A stretch of DNA of 64,000 bases from Patescibacteria group bacterium. Its GTDB lineage: Bacteria > Patescibacteriota > Microgenomatia > UBA1400 > CG1-02-47-37. The stretch spans positions 4,328-68,327 of the forward strand of contig JAYEMX010000064.1 in the NCBI GenBank assembly GCA_034718535.1. Reading direction: 5' to 3'. Positions 18,292 to 29,999 of this stretch are shown here, in pieces. The notes beneath the pieces are model-generated. The model was not told where the DNA came from, ran no database searches, and saw only the letters and a program-made list of their open reading frames with translations. Position 1 is the first letter of the stretch. Every line of letters starts with the position of its first letter. Both the position numbers and the translations under genes were made by a program.

Positions 18292-20448
18292 TTATGCCTC
18301 TTTTTCAGATGTTAATGGATTTTGCTTTTTTATAATAGCTTGAGTAATATTTGCTGGAACTTCTTCATAATGAGATGGTTCCATGTAAAAACTGGCTCTA
18401 CCTTGAGTCATTGACCTTAAAATAGTGACATATTGAGTTAGTTCGGCCAAAGGAACAAGGGCGGTAATAATAGTGATTTTGCCTCTGACAGCCGTACCTT
18501 GAACTTGAGCTCTTTTAGCAGATAAATCCCCAATAATCTCTCCCATAAATTCTTCCGGTGTAGAAACCTCGACTTTCATGACCGGCTCTAACAAGATTGG
18601 GTCTGCTAATTTAACAGCTGCTTGAACCGCCATTGAACCGGCGATTTTAAAAGCAATTTCAGAGGAGTCGACATCGTGATAAGAACCGTCATAAACAATA
18701 ACTTTAACATCAACTAAAGGATAATTGGCTATGCAGCCGTTTTCTAAAGCTTCTTTGACGCCTTTGCCAACGGCTGGAATAAATTCTTTAGGAATACGAC
18801 CACCAACTACTTCTGAAACAAATTCAAAACCTTCACCGGGTTTTTTGGGTTCTATTTTCAATAGACAATGTCCATATTGACCACGACCGCCAGATTGCTT
18901 GATATATTTACCTTCGGCTTGGGCTTGCTTTTTGATAGTTTCTTTATAGGCAACTTGAGGTTGACCGGTATTGGCTTCGACACTAAACTCTCTTTTCATA
19001 CGATCGACTAGAATTTCCAAATGAAGTTCACCCATGCCGGAAATAATAGTTTGACCGGTTTCCGAATTACTTTTGATAGTAAAGGTTGGATCTTCTTCTG
19101 AAAGCCTTTTTAAGGCATAACCCATTTTTTCCTGATCGGCTTTGGTTTTTGGTTCAATAGATAGTGAAATGACGGGATCGGTAAAAGTAATTCCTTCAAG
19201 AATAATCGGATTATCAGCATCACAAAGAGTATCTCCGGTAGTGGTTTTTTTAAGCCCAACTACAGCAACGATTTCACCGGCAGAAGCTTGATCTATTTCT
19301 TCTCTGGTATTGGCGTGCATTAAAAGAAGTCGACCAACACGTTCTTTTTCTTGTTTAGTAGAGTTGGTAACATAACTACCTGACTTGAGAATTCCCGAAT
19401 AAACACGAATATAGGTAAGGCGGCCAACGTGAGGATCGGTTTGAACTTTGAAAGCTAAGGCGGAAAATGGAGCATCTTTTGTGTTAGACCTAATTTCTTC
19501 TTTATCTGTTTTTGGATTAGTACCCTTAATATCTTTAACATCAACTGGGCTTGGAAGGTAATTAACAACAGCATCTAGTAAAGGTTGAACTCCTTTATTT
19601 CTTAGTGAAGAACCGGCAAAAACCGGAACCACTTTATAGGCTAAAGTGGCTTTTCTTAAGACTTTTTTAAGTTCATTTACGGTTGGTTCTTTTCCTTCAA
19701 GAAATTTTTCCAATAGTTTATCATCGTGTTCACTAATTTGTTCGATAAGAAGGTTTCGATACTTTTTTACTTCATCTTTCATATCTTCCGGAATATTAGT
19801 TTCTTGATATTTAGCGCCGGTTTCGTCAGATTTCCAAATTAAAGTTTTTTGGTCAAGAAGAAGAACAACTCCTTTAAAAGAAGATTCAGCACCAATTGGG
19901 AGAGTCATAATAAGGGGATTAGCCCCAAGCCGTTCTTTAATGTCATTAACTGTGGCTAAAAAATTGGCTCCCAGTTTGTCCATTTTATTGACAAAACAAA
20001 GTCTGGGAACATTATATTTATTGGCTTGATGCCAAACAGTTTCAGATTGAGATTGAACTCCTTCTTCAGCATCTAAAACAGTAATTCCTCCATCTAAAAC
20101 TCGGAGGGATCTTTCGACTTCAGCGGTAAAATCAACGTGTCCGGGGGTATCAATGATATTAATTCTGTGCTCAACTTGATCAACGGCACCTTTTCTGGTT
20201 GGGGTCCAAAAAGTGGTGGTGGCGGCTGACATGATAGTGATACCTCTTTCTTTTTCCTGTTCCATCCAGTCCATTTGAGTGTCGCCATCATCAATATTCC
20301 CAATTTTATATGATTTACCGGTATAAAATAAAATACGTTCTGTGGTGGTGGTTTTTCCAGCATCAATATGGGCAATAATGCCAATATTCCTGATTTTATC
20401 AAGAGATATGTTTTTTTTATTGGTATTATTTGGTTGTTTATCTGCCAT
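18292..20448 (-). CDS. fusA: Elongation factor G
   Basis: [53 protein letters not shown]; start adjusted to ATG 20448. Confidence 0.98.
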   Translation of the reverse strand: MADKQPNNTNKKNISLDKIRNIGIIAHIDAGKTTTTERILFYTGKSYKIGNIDDGDTQMDWMEQEKERGITIMSAATTTFWTPTRKGAVDQVEHRINIIDTPGHVDFTAEVERSLRVLDGGITVLDAEEGVQSQSETVWHQANKYNVPRLCFVNKMDKLGANFLATVNDIKERLGANPLIMTLPIGAESSFKGVVLLLDQKTLIWKSDETGAKYQETNIPEDMKDEVKKYRNLLIEQISEHDDKLLEKFLEGKEPTVNELKKVLRKATLAYKVVPVFAGSSLRNKGVQPLLDAVVNYLPSPVDVKDIKGTNPKTDKEEIRSNTKDAPFSALAFKVQTDPHVGRLTYIRVYSGILKSGSYVTNSTKQEKERVGRLLLMHANTREEIDQASAGEIVAVVGLKKTTTGDTLCDADNPIILEGITFTDPVISLSIEPKTKADQEKMGYALKRLSEEDPTFTIKSNSETGQTIISGMGELHLEILVDRMKREFSVEANTGQPQVAYKETIKKQAQAEGKYIKQSGGRGQYGHCLLKIEPKKPGEGFEFVSEVVGGRIPKEFIPAVGKGVKEALENGCIANYPLVDVKVIVYDGSYHDVDSSEIAFKIAGSMAVQAAVKLADPILLEPVMKVEVSTPEEFMGEIIGDLSAKRAQVQGTAVRGKITIITALVPLAELTQYVTILRSMTQGRASFYMEPSHYEEVPANITQAIIKKQNPLTSEKEA

Positions 20449-20456
20449 AGGGCAAT

Positions 20457-20483
20457 AAAAAAATCGCTTCACAGAGAGCGATT
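20457..20483 (-). terminator. Hairpin plus U-tract immediately upstream of fusA
   Basis: Minus strand aatcgct-ctctgtga-agcgatt followed by a T-run, ending about 9 nt before the fusA ATG. Confidence 0.55.
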
Positions 20484-20574
20484 GCTTCGTGAAAATACTT
20501 TAGTATAAATTAATAGAGGTATTATATGAAAAAAAAGATTATTTGTCTAGAGGAAACCTGTAAAATCCAGGTGG

Positions 20575-20597
20575 CCTACAAGGAGAGTCCTTGTAGG
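20575..20597. repeat. REP-like palindrome family B (rpsG-fusA spacer)
   Basis: cctacaagga-gag-tccttgtagg with perfect 10-bp arms; followed by a duplicated ttgtagg tail, as at 55576. Confidence 0.9.
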
Positions 20598-20607
20598 TTT
20601 TGTAGGT

Positions 20608-21087
20608 TTACCAGCGGAAGTGGGCAAAGGCTTTGTTGGATTCGGCAACTTTATGAGCTTGGGTTTTTCTGTCAACGGCACCACCTTGATTTTTTATGGC
20701 ATCTGTTAGTTCGGCGGCTAGTTTTTGATAAAAGTGATGATGTTTTGAGTTTGGTCTTTTTCTGGCGGCATCGATAATCCAACGAATGGCTAGTGACTCT
20801 CTTCTGTTTCCCCTAACAGGCACAGGAACTTGATAGGCAGCTCCACCAACTCTTCTGGATCTAACTTCCATAGTTGGTTTAGCATTGTTAATAGCTTGAC
20901 GTAAAGCAATAATTGGGTCTTCTTTTGTTTGTTTTTTGATAAGTTCCAAAGCTTGATAAACGTGTTTTTGAGCAATTGATTTTTTACCACTATACATAAT
21001 TTTATTAATTATTTTAGCTACCAACTTATTATTATAAAGCGGGTCGGGTTTAGTGATACGTTTGTTTACTTTTCCTGTTCTTGGCAT
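20608..21087 (-). CDS. rpsG: 30S ribosomal protein uS7
   Basis: EVRSRRVGGAAYQVP, AESNKAFAHFRW. Confidence 0.98.
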   Translation of the reverse strand: MPRTGKVNKRITKPDPLYNNKLVAKIINKIMYSGKKSIAQKHVYQALELIKKQTKEDPIIALRQAINNAKPTMEVRSRRVGGAAYQVPVPVRGNRRESLAIRWIIDAARKRPNSKHHHFYQKLAAELTDAIKNQGGAVDRKTQAHKVAESNKAFAHFRW

Positions 21088-21092
21088 AATAA

Positions 21093-21599
21093 TTATTCTG
21101 CTTTCTTACTATCTGTAGGTTTATCATCTGTAGGTTTGTCATCTGCGGGTTTATTCTTTGTTCCCGTAGCTGCTCCGGCAGAAGTAGTAGCACCACTGGC
21201 TTTAGTGCCGTATTTTGATCTTGAAGTTTTTCGGCCTTCGACTCCAGAAGAATCATATTTTCCTCTAATAATATGATATTTTACCCCAGGTAAATCTTTA
21301 ACTCTCCCGCCTCTAATTAAAACAATAGAGTGTTCGGCTAAATCATGGCCTTCACCTGGAATATAAGCAGTAACTTCTTGCTTGTTACTTAACCTAACTC
21401 TGGCAACCTTACGAAGAGCAGAGTTTGGTTTTTTTGGAGTCATGGTTTTAACAACAGTGCAAACACCTCTTTTTTGAGGATTGGTGGTAGAAATTACCCT
21501 TCTGGTTATTAAATTTAAGGATTTTCTTAATGCGGTGGCTTTGATTCTTTTAGGTTTAGATCTTCTTTTTTTTCTGACAAGTTGATTAATAGTCGGCAT
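21093..21599 (-). CDS. rpsL: 30S ribosomal protein uS12 with C-terminal extension
   Basis: [41 protein letters not shown]. Confidence 0.98.
   Translation of the reverse strand: MPTINQLVRKKRRSKPKRIKATALRKSLNLITRRVISTTNPQKRGVCTVVKTMTPKKPNSALRKVARVRLSNKQEVTAYIPGEGHDLAEHSIVLIRGGRVKDLPGVKYHIIRGKYDSSGVEGRKTSRSKYGTKASGATTSAGAATGTKNKPADDKPTDDKPTDSKKAE
21111..21155. repeat. 3 x 15-bp tandem repeat in the rpsL tail
   Basis: atctgtaggtttatc / atctgtaggtttgtc / atctgcgggtttatt, encoding (D/N)KP(A/T)D units. Confidence 0.8.
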
Positions 21600-21600
21600 A

Positions 21601-24600
21601 TTATTTTTTGATGATAGCTCTTTTTTTACTGGTTGGTATTAAACGACCAATGATAACATTTTCTTTTAATCCCAGTAAGTGGTCTATTTTACCATGAGCA
21701 GCCGAACTGGTTAAAATACTTGAAGTGTGTTGAAAGGAGGCGGCAGATAACCAAGATTCTGTATGTAAAGATGACCTAGTAATTCCAAGGACTGTTTTTA
21801 CAGCGGTGGCTTTTTTACCTTTGTTTTTGGTAGCTAATTTATTGGCAGATTCAAAAATATTTTTTTCAACAAGTTCACCAGAAAGCAAATCCGTATCTCC
21901 AACTGTTTCTACTTGATATTTGTCACACATTTTTCTGACAATAATTTCCAAGTGTTTATCGTGAATTGGAATTCCTTGTGATTCATAAACAGCTTGAACT
22001 TCTTCAATCAGATAATTTTGAGTCTTAGCCATACCACGAGTTTTTAGTAATTCTTTAATATTTAAAGAGCCCGAGGCAAGTCTTTCACCAACTCCAATTA
22101 ATTGATCATTTTTAACTTTTAAAATTGAAGTTAAGGAAATATTATAGGTTTTGGCATCATTTTTATCGGGCGGAGTAATAGTAACTTGATGACCTTGAAC
22201 TGTTTCTTCAATACTAACTTTTCCGGCAATAGTGGCTAAAGGAGAAGACATTTTAGGATTTCTGGCTTCAAAAAGCTCTTCAACTCGAGGTAGTCCTTGA
22301 GTAACATCGGCAGTAATAATACCACCGGTATGTTTAACTCTCATGGTTAGCTGAGTACCAGGTTCGCCGATTGATTGAGCAGCAATAACACCAACCGGAG
22401 ATCCAATGGTAATTTTCTTTTTGGTAGAAAAATCCCAACCATAACAAGAAGCACAAAGTCCGTGTTTAGCTTCACAGGTTAATGGAGACCTAACTTTAAC
22501 TAGATTAATTTTTGACTTAAATATTTTTTGAGCAATTTCTTCTGTAATTATTTTATTCTTTTTAACAATTACTTTATCGGCAATTTTTATGGTTTTGGCG
22601 GCCAACCTACCAACAATTCTAATTCCAAAAGATTTATCACGATTCCCTTTTCTGACAATATCCAATCCTTGCTTGGTTTTACAATCGTCTAGTCGAATAA
22701 TCATATCGTGAGCAACATCCACTAAACGACGAGTTAAGTAGCCGGCATCTGCTGTTTTAATGGCCGAGTCGGTTAAGCCTTTTCTTGAACCTCTTGAAGA
22801 AGTAACATACTCAAAAACAGATAGGCCTTCTCTAAAATTTGATTTGGTTGGAAGTTCGACAATTTTTCCCAAAGGATCAACTACCAACCCACGCATGGCG
22901 GCCAACTGTTTAACTTGATCTTTAGAAGCACGAGTTCCACCTGATTGAATAATTATTTTGACTGAATTTGATTCGTCAAAACTATTCCAAGTTTTATCGG
23001 CAATTATACTAGTAACCTCCATCCAAAGCTCGATACTTAGTCTTCTTTTTTCTTCTCTGGTAATTAAACCATTTTTATAGTTTTCTTCGATGAGAAGAGC
23101 TTTTGCATTTGATTTTTTAATGATGGTTGATTTTTCTTTGATTATTTTACAGTCGGAAACAGCCACTGATAATCCAGACAAAGTAACTCCTTCAAACCCA
23201 AGATCTTTAAGATCGTCTATTAGCTGAGCAGTTTCTTTTTTAGAACAAATAGTAATAGCTTTTTTAACTAAGTTTTTAATGTCTGAAGATTTAATGGTTT
23301 TATTAATAAACCTTAATGGTTCCGGTAAATTTTCATTTAGCATTAATCTGCCGACAGAAGTTTCGATAATTTTTTTGTTTAACCTAACCTTAATTAATTG
23401 TCTAGTTTTTATATCTTTTGATTGATGGGCAAAAATGGCTTCTTTTGACGAAGAAAAAATAGTTTCATCTGGTTTTATTCGAGAATCTATTGAGGTAATA
23501 TAGTAAATACCAAGAGCCATTTCTTTGTTTGGAAGAGTAATCGGTGAACCATCAGCCGGTTTAAGCAAATTATTGTCTGGCATCATTAATTCAATAGCTT
23601 CTTTTTGAGATTTTTTTGAAAGTGGAACATGAACAGCCATTTGATCTCCATCAAAGTCGGCATTATAACCAGCACAAACACAAGGATGAAGTTGGATAGC
23701 ACTACCTTCTACTAAAACAGGATAAAAAGCTTGAATACCGAGTTTGTGCAAAGTGGGGGCACGATTTAGTAAGATCGGATGATCTTTAATAATATCTTCT
23801 AAAATATCAAAAACTTCACGAGGTTTTCTTTCCAAAAAGTTCTTAGCGGATTTAACATTTGGGGCAAAATTACGATTAATAATTTCTCTTAAAACATAAG
23901 GTTTAAATATTTCTAGGGCCATTAATTTAGGTATACCGGCTTGATTTAGTTTTAGATGAGGACCAACTACGATAACACTTCTGCCAGAATAGTCGACTCT
24001 TTTACCAAGTAAATTTTGGCGGAAACGACCCTGCTTTCCTTTAAGCATGTCTGCTAAAGAACGAAGTTCTTTGGTTCCACGACGCCTAATGGCTTTGGCT
24101 TGGGAAGTATCTATTAAGGTGTCAACGGATTCTTGAAGCATTCTTTTTTCATTCCTTAAAATTATTTCCGGAGCACCAAGATTTATTAAGTGTTTTAAGC
24201 GATTGTTTCGATTGATAACTCTTCGATATAGATCATTGATATCACTTGAGGCAAAATGGCCGCTCGATAATTGGACCATTGGTCTTAAATCCGGAGGTAA
24301 GACCGGCAAAAGTGAGATGATCATCCAATGTGGCTCAATACTAACTTTTTTGAAACCTTCAATAATTCTTAGTATTTTACTAGCTTTAATTTGGCGTTGG
24401 CCGGTATATTTTTTGACTTCGTCACGATATTTAGTGGTTAATTCTTTAAGGTCAAGTTTTTTAATAACTTCTAAAACAGCCTCTGCACCCATACCAACCT
24501 TAAGAAAACCAGTAGCGTTATATTCGGTTAATTTTAAGTATTCATCTTCTGATAAAACCGAAAGTTTATAAGTTTTTTTAACCAAATCTTTAATAGCATC

Positions 24601-25281
24601 ATAAATATCTTTCAAAATATCTTTTTCCAAGGCAAAGCTTTCTTTTAAGGCAACAATTTGCCTTTTAGTTTTTAACAAGGCTTCGTTAACAGCCATTTCT
24701 ATTTGTTCTTTAGCTTTGATTTTCTTTTTAATGACTTTAATTGATTTGGTTCCTTTTATTTTAGTGTCTTCAATCTCTTTTTTTAGATTTTCTTTGAGAA
24801 TATTTACTTTATCGGTAAATTGTTTATCTTGGTCTTTATAAATACCTTTTTTGGCACTTTCATCAGACTCGATAACTAAATACTTGGCAAAATAAATAAC
24901 CCCAGATAGATTTCTTGGAGAAACTCCCAAGATTAAAGATAAGTGGGAGGGGGCGCCTTTGAAAAACCAAATGTGGGCAACCGGACTAGCAAGTTTGATA
25001 TGACCCATTCGTTCTCGACGAACTTTACTTCGAGTAACTTCCACGCCACATTTATCACAAATAATTCCCCGATAACGAATGCGTTTGTATTTTCCACAAT
25101 AACATTCCCAATCTTTGGTCGGACCAAAAATTTTCTCACAAAATAGACCATCTTTTTCCGGTTTTAAAGTTCTATAATTAATGGTTTCCGGTTTTAAAAC
25201 TTCTCCGTGAGACCAAGATTTAATTACTTCCGGAGAAGCAAGTTTTATTTGTAGGCTGGCAAAATTAGTTAATTTATTCAT
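21601..25281 (-). CDS. rpoC: RNA polymerase beta' subunit
   Basis: Zn finger CYCGKYK..CDKC, catalytic [36 protein letters not shown]. Confidence 0.99.
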   Translation of the reverse strand: MNKLTNFASLQIKLASPEVIKSWSHGEVLKPETINYRTLKPEKDGLFCEKIFGPTKDWECYCGKYKRIRYRGIICDKCGVEVTRSKVRRERMGHIKLASPVAHIWFFKGAPSHLSLILGVSPRNLSGVIYFAKYLVIESDESAKKGIYKDQDKQFTDKVNILKENLKKEIEDTKIKGTKSIKVIKKKIKAKEQIEMAVNEALLKTKRQIVALKESFALEKDILKDIYDAIKDLVKKTYKLSVLSEDEYLKLTEYNATGFLKVGMGAEAVLEVIKKLDLKELTTKYRDEVKKYTGQRQIKASKILRIIEGFKKVSIEPHWMIISLLPVLPPDLRPMVQLSSGHFASSDINDLYRRVINRNNRLKHLINLGAPEIILRNEKRMLQESVDTLIDTSQAKAIRRRGTKELRSLADMLKGKQGRFRQNLLGKRVDYSGRSVIVVGPHLKLNQAGIPKLMALEIFKPYVLREIINRNFAPNVKSAKNFLERKPREVFDILEDIIKDHPILLNRAPTLHKLGIQAFYPVLVEGSAIQLHPCVCAGYNADFDGDQMAVHVPLSKKSQKEAIELMMPDNNLLKPADGSPITLPNKEMALGIYYITSIDSRIKPDETIFSSSKEAIFAHQSKDIKTRQLIKVRLNKKIIETSVGRLMLNENLPEPLRFINKTIKSSDIKNLVKKAITICSKKETAQLIDDLKDLGFEGVTLSGLSVAVSDCKIIKEKSTIIKKSNAKALLIEENYKNGLITREEKRRLSIELWMEVTSIIADKTWNSFDESNSVKIIIQSGGTRASKDQVKQLAAMRGLVVDPLGKIVELPTKSNFREGLSVFEYVTSSRGSRKGLTDSAIKTADAGYLTRRLVDVAHDMIIRLDDCKTKQGLDIVRKGNRDKSFGIRIVGRLAAKTIKIADKVIVKKNKIITEEIAQKIFKSKINLVKVRSPLTCEAKHGLCASCYGWDFSTKKKITIGSPVGVIAAQSIGEPGTQLTMRVKHTGGIITADVTQGLPRVEELFEARNPKMSSPLATIAGKVSIEETVQGHQVTITPPDKNDAKTYNISLTSILKVKNDQLIGVGERLASGSLNIKELLKTRGMAKTQNYLIEEVQAVYESQGIPIHDKHLEIIVRKMCDKYQVETVGDTDLLSGELVEKNIFESANKLATKNKGKKATAVKTVLGITRSSLHTESWLSAASFQHTSSILTSSAAHGKIDHLLGLKENVIIGRLIPTSKKRAIIKK

Positions 25282-25287
25282 TGGTTT

Positions 25288-28200
25288 TTATTTTTTCTTT
25301 TTTGTTTTTTTAGTTTTCTTTTTAGGCTGTTCATTTTTATCTAATTTTTTCTTTGGTGGATTATCTTCTTTTGACTGATCAACAGTTCCACCGGGAATAA
25401 TGTTTAAACATAAACTGTTTAATTCTTTAATTAAAACTTTAAAGGATTCCGGAACTGTAGCTTCAGAAATATCCAAGCTTTTAACAATAGCTTCAAATGC
25501 TTTAGCTCTACCAACCACGTCGTCTGATTTTATGGTTAGCATTTCTTGAAGAGTGTAAGCAGCTCGATGTGCTTCTAGGGCCCAAACTTCCATTTCCCCT
25601 AAACGTTGACCTCCCATTTGGGCTTTACCGCCTAATGGTTGTTGAGTAACTAAAGAATATGGCCCAGTTGAACGAGCATGAATTTTATCTTCAACCATAT
25701 GAATCAGTTTTAAAATATAGGCAACCCCAACAGTAATTTTTTCGTCAAAAGGATGGCCAGTTCGACCATCAAAAAGTTTAATTTTTCCGTTTGTAGGAAG
25801 ATTTGCTTTTTTAAGCTCCTTTTGAGTAACTTCTTCTTTGATATGTTCAAAAACCGGGAGAGCTACTTTATAGCCTAATTTTTTGGCAGCCCAACCCAGT
25901 TGAGCTTCCAAAAGTTGGCCTAAATTCATACGAGCTAAAACCGACAATGGAGAAATAATAATATCAACCGGGGTCCCATCTTCAAAATAAGGCATATCTG
26001 CCACAGGAAGTATTTTTGAGATAACTCCTTTGTTTCCATGACGACCGGCTAATTTATCTCCAGATAAAATTTTTCTCATTTGAGCAACTTGAACTTTTAC
26101 TTTTTTTAAGACTCCCGGATTGAGTTCGTCGCCTTTTTCGCGATCAAAAATTTCAATATTAATGACAACCCCCGCTTCTCCGTGAGGAACTCTAAGGGAA
26201 GTGTCTCGAACTTCTCTGGCTTTTTCTCCAAAAATGGCTCTAAGTAATCTTTCTTCGGCAGTAAGTTCTGTTTCGCCTTTGGGGGCAATTTTCCCAACTA
26301 AAATTTCGTTTGGCTCTACTTGTGAACCAACAACAACAATTCCATCTTCTCCAAGATTAGCTAGTTCGAGCTCGCCGACATTGGGAATATCTCTAGTTAA
26401 TTCTTCTGCCCCCAGTTTAGTGTCCATTATTTTAGCTTCATATTGGTTTATTATTATTGAAGTTAAAATATCTTGTCTAACTAAACGTTCCGAAATAATA
26501 ATAGCATCTTCATAACCCAAACCTTCGTAGCTCATATAGGCAATAGTTAAATTTTGACCTAAAGCAAGTTCTCCATTATCACTAGCCGGACCATCAATAA
26601 TCAAATCTCCTGCTTTTATTTTATCTCCAGTGGAAACCATGGGTGTTTGAGAGTAGCAGGTAGATTGAGTAGTTCTTGAGAATTTAGAAATTTTATAATG
26701 AAGTTCGTTTTTAGAAATAGATATAAAATTTGGTAAAGATTCTTTTATTTTTTTAATATCTTTGATGGATGATTTGATAACAACTTCATTAGAATCAACA
26801 TAAGTTACTATTCCTGAGGTAAGTGACTTGACTACTCGATTCATGGCTTGAGCTACTATTTTTTCCATTCCAGTACCAATAATCGGAGAGTCTGGCTTAA
26901 TTAAGGGTACGGCTTGACATTGCATGTGAGTGCCCATTAGAGCTCGATTGGCTTCGTCATGAGCAATAAAAGGAATTAAAGAGGCTGAAGTACCAACCAC
27001 CTGGTGAGGAACAACATCAGCAAATTCAATTTGTTTGCTGTTAATTTCTATATACTCTGTTTGATAACGAGCCGGAATCCATTGATCTAAAATATAGCCT
27101 TTTTCATCTAAATTAATTTCTGCGTGAGTAATATAGTGATTTTCTTCTTCGTCTGAAGATAAGTAAACAATTTCATCGGTAACTTTAGCCACTGTTTTTG
27201 TACCTTTAGTTTCATGAATTACTTTTCTATAGGGTGCTTCTAAAAAGCCAAAAGGATTAACACGAGCATAAAGGGTAAGATAAGTGACTAAACCTATATT
27301 TGGTCCTTCCGGAGATCTAACCGGACATATACGACTATATTGACTGGCATTAATATCACGCATAGAAAAACTGGCTCTTTCTCGAGTAACTCCGCCAGGA
27401 CCCATAACCGAAAGCCTTCTAAGGTTATCGATTTCAGCCAAAGGGTTGGTTTGATCTAAAATAGTAGATAAACGATTTCTTCTAAAAAAGTCTGAAACAG
27501 CAGCAATAACCGGTCGAGGATTAACTAATAAACTTGGAGTAATTTCAATGTCTGCTTTTGAAAGACTCATTTTTTCTCTAATTGATCTTTCCAGTCGAAG
27601 TAAACCAAGCCTAAAAGAAGTGGTGGCAACTAATTCACCTACTCGTCTAACCCGACGGTTAGAAAGAGAATCAATATCGTCAACTTTACCTTGGCCATTT
27701 TGAAGTGCAATTAAGTATTTTATGGAGGCAATAATATCCTCTCTGGTAAGAACGTTAACATCGGCAGAAATATTTAACTCTAATCGACGATTTAGTTTAT
27801 AACGACCGACATCTCCCAGATCATAGCGACGAGGATCAAAAAACATTTTATGAAATAATTCTCTGGCATTTTCAATAACAGCCGGATCTCCGGGTCTCAT
27901 TTTTTGATAAATTTCGATTAAAGCCTCTTCATGTGTTTTAGTGGGGTCTTTTTCCAGGGTTGAGAAAATAAAAGGATGTTTTTGGTCAGTATCTACATCT
28001 TTAAAAAGATTGATAATTTCTTCATCTGTAGTTGGTTGAATGGCTCTAAGAAGAGTAGTAGCTGATATTTTGCGATGCTTATCTATTTTAACTGTAATAG
28101 TATTATATCTAGAAATATTTATTTCCAGCCATGATCCTCTTAAGGGTCTTAATTCTGCCTGATAGAGATTACGACCTGTAGAGGGATCTGTACTCCCGGA

Positions 28201-28620
28201 AAAAAATACGCCCGGTGAACGGACGAGTTGATTGACAACCGATCTTTCAATTCCATTGATAATAAAGGTGCCAATGTCGGTCATTTGAGGAATATCCCCT
28301 AAAAAAACCTCTTGTTTTGTGGTTTCTCCAGTTTGAAGATTGGTTAATTTAGCTTTAACTCTTATGGGTACATCGTAGGTTAAACCTTTTTCTTTAGCAA
28401 TATCCGAAGATTTTTTAGGATTTCCAACTGAATGTTTACCAAATTCTAGTTGCCAATTTTTACCGGTAAAGTCTTTAATCGGAGAAATATTTTTAATAGC
28501 ATTGGTAATGCCTTCAGACATGAACCATTGATAAGATTCTTTTTGAACCTTGAGAAAATTAAGCTCCGGAAGGTTTTTTGGATAAGGTTTCCAGTTGATT
28601 CTTTTAGATTTTTTTGACAT
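25288..28620 (-). CDS. rpoB: RNA polymerase beta subunit
   Basis: GTFIINGIER, PEGPNIGL, GDKLAGRHGNKG, GGQRLGEMEVWALEA. Confidence 0.99.
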   Translation of the reverse strand: MSKKSKRINWKPYPKNLPELNFLKVQKESYQWFMSEGITNAIKNISPIKDFTGKNWQLEFGKHSVGNPKKSSDIAKEKGLTYDVPIRVKAKLTNLQTGETTKQEVFLGDIPQMTDIGTFIINGIERSVVNQLVRSPGVFFSGSTDPSTGRNLYQAELRPLRGSWLEINISRYNTITVKIDKHRKISATTLLRAIQPTTDEEIINLFKDVDTDQKHPFIFSTLEKDPTKTHEEALIEIYQKMRPGDPAVIENARELFHKMFFDPRRYDLGDVGRYKLNRRLELNISADVNVLTREDIIASIKYLIALQNGQGKVDDIDSLSNRRVRRVGELVATTSFRLGLLRLERSIREKMSLSKADIEITPSLLVNPRPVIAAVSDFFRRNRLSTILDQTNPLAEIDNLRRLSVMGPGGVTRERASFSMRDINASQYSRICPVRSPEGPNIGLVTYLTLYARVNPFGFLEAPYRKVIHETKGTKTVAKVTDEIVYLSSDEEENHYITHAEINLDEKGYILDQWIPARYQTEYIEINSKQIEFADVVPHQVVGTSASLIPFIAHDEANRALMGTHMQCQAVPLIKPDSPIIGTGMEKIVAQAMNRVVKSLTSGIVTYVDSNEVVIKSSIKDIKKIKESLPNFISISKNELHYKISKFSRTTQSTCYSQTPMVSTGDKIKAGDLIIDGPASDNGELALGQNLTIAYMSYEGLGYEDAIIISERLVRQDILTSIIINQYEAKIMDTKLGAEELTRDIPNVGELELANLGEDGIVVVGSQVEPNEILVGKIAPKGETELTAEERLLRAIFGEKAREVRDTSLRVPHGEAGVVINIEIFDREKGDELNPGVLKKVKVQVAQMRKILSGDKLAGRHGNKGVISKILPVADMPYFEDGTPVDIIISPLSVLARMNLGQLLEAQLGWAAKKLGYKVALPVFEHIKEEVTQKELKKANLPTNGKIKLFDGRTGHPFDEKITVGVAYILKLIHMVEDKIHARSTGPYSLVTQQPLGGKAQMGGQRLGEMEVWALEAHRAAYTLQEMLTIKSDDVVGRAKAFEAIVKSLDISEATVPESFKVLIKELNSLCLNIIPGGTVDQSKEDNPPKKKLDKNEQPKKKTKKTKKKK

Positions 28621-28635
28621 GACTTTAAAAAACAG

Positions 28636-28659
28636 AAAAAACGGGTGACTAACCCGTTT
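28636..28659 (-). terminator. Hairpin plus U-tract in the rpoB leader (possible attenuator)
   Basis: Minus strand aaacgggt-tagtc-acccgttt-ttt, ending about 15 nt upstream of the rpoB ATG. Confidence 0.6.
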
Positions 28660-28817
28660 GTTTGGATTTAAAACTAAATTAAGATGTTAAGGTTGTGAAT
28701 ATAAATCACTTTTTTCCTTTATTGACTTTTTAAAAAGTATTTTTAAGAAAGGGACGAACAAGACCTAGCCTGATAACAGGCTATGATTAAAGTATATTAA
28801 CAGATAACCAGAGAAAG

Positions 28818-29753
28818 TCAAGGAGAAAGATATTTTTTTATATTAGCATTGTGACCGGCAAGATCCTTGGCATAGTGATTATAACCACCGGAATCTGAGA
28901 CATAATATAGATAATTGGTGTTGGCGGGAGCAGTAGCGGCTTTTAGGGTTTCCAGGCCGGGATTTGATATTGGAGCTGGAGGAAGGCTTGAATTTTGATA
29001 GGTATTGTAAGGCGAAGGGGTTTTTAAATCTTTTAAAGTTAAATTGTTTGGCCACCAACCTCCTTCTTTACCTAAGATGTATTGAACAGTGGCGTCTATT
29101 TGTAGAGCCATATTAATATCTAAACGATTGTGAATAACACTAGAAACTAGAGATTTATCTTTTTGATGTTTGGCTTCTCTTTCGATTAAACTAGCCAAAA
29201 TAATGGTGTTTTTGTCTTGAGTAGGGCTTTTTTGATTAAAAGTTTTTAGTAAAAGATCTATAACGTCTTGGATTGAAGCAGTTTGAGGAATAAGATAAGT
29301 ATCCGGAAAAAGATGACCTTCATAGGGTTTGGCTTGAATAATAAAATCATTTTTAGTGAAGTTGGTGGTTTTTTCTTGTAATCGTTCGGCAATTTGCTCA
29401 ACTCTAAGGCCTTCGGGGAAAGTAATCCAAAAATCTAAACTACCATGAGTTAATGATTCAATAATAGTTTCTAAATCCATAGAAGGAGAAAGTTGAAAAT
29501 CCCCGGCCTGAAGTTTATTTGAATAGTTTTTTTGGTCGACAAATAGTTTAAAAGCTAAGTCTGATTTAATTAATTTAGCTTGTTTTAAGCGCTTGGCAAT
29601 ATTAGAAGTAGCTTGACCTTTTGGAATAACAAAAACTTGAGTTGAGGTAATTTTTGGATTAATCGGTTTAATTACCCATTGATACCAACCAATAGTGGTA
29701 AGAAAAAGAATAATCAACAAGATTAACCCTAGAAAGATAAGCTTTTTTAACAT
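28818..29753 (-). CDS. mltG: Endolytic transglycosylase MltG
   Basis: N-terminal TM, TFPEG, EGHLFPDTY, LASLIERE, LQIDATV, SPYNTY..LPPAPISNPG. Confidence 0.93.
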   Translation of the reverse strand: MLKKLIFLGLILLIILFLTTIGWYQWVIKPINPKITSTQVFVIPKGQATSNIAKRLKQAKLIKSDLAFKLFVDQKNYSNKLQAGDFQLSPSMDLETIIESLTHGSLDFWITFPEGLRVEQIAERLQEKTTNFTKNDFIIQAKPYEGHLFPDTYLIPQTASIQDVIDLLLKTFNQKSPTQDKNTIILASLIEREAKHQKDKSLVSSVIHNRLDINMALQIDATVQYILGKEGGWWPNNLTLKDLKTPSPYNTYQNSSLPPAPISNPGLETLKAATAPANTNYLYYVSDSGGYNHYAKDLAGHNANIKKYLSP

Positions 29754-29757
29754 TAGT

Positions 29758-29958
29758 CTAAACTTCTTCAAATAAAGCGCGACGATACTTTTTGGTTTTT
29801 AAATCATGAATAAAAATACGACCACACTTGCAGGTAATTTTTTCTCTTTGATTGCTTAATTTTTTTGATTTGCCATCTTTTAACGGCATGCCACAACCAA
29901 CACATTGACCGCGAGAAAGCAACCAAGCCTGAACAGGTGCAATAACATTTTTAAACAT
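29758..29958 (-). CDS. Small Zn-ribbon protein of unknown function
   Basis: CVGC..CKC pattern, 66 aa; GGAG SD upstream. Confidence 0.65.
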   Translation of the reverse strand: MFKNVIAPVQAWLLSRGQCVGCGMPLKDGKSKKLSNQREKITCKCGRIFIHDLKTKKYRRALFEEV

Positions 29959-29999
29959 AGATAGTCTCCTTTATAAAGATTATTAATAGATTTATTTTA

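Noticed and set aside
20526-20777. 83-aa plus-strand ORF
   Set aside because: Mostly antisense to rpsG and runs through a family B repeat; no recognisable protein features.
21601-28620. Inteins or introns in rpoB/rpoC
   Set aside because: ORFs are continuous and of normal or short length, with no splicing or homing endonuclease motifs seen.
28684-28712. atgttaaggttgtgaa as a family C element in the rpoB leader
   Set aside because: Only the left flank and a partial arm match; no right arm.
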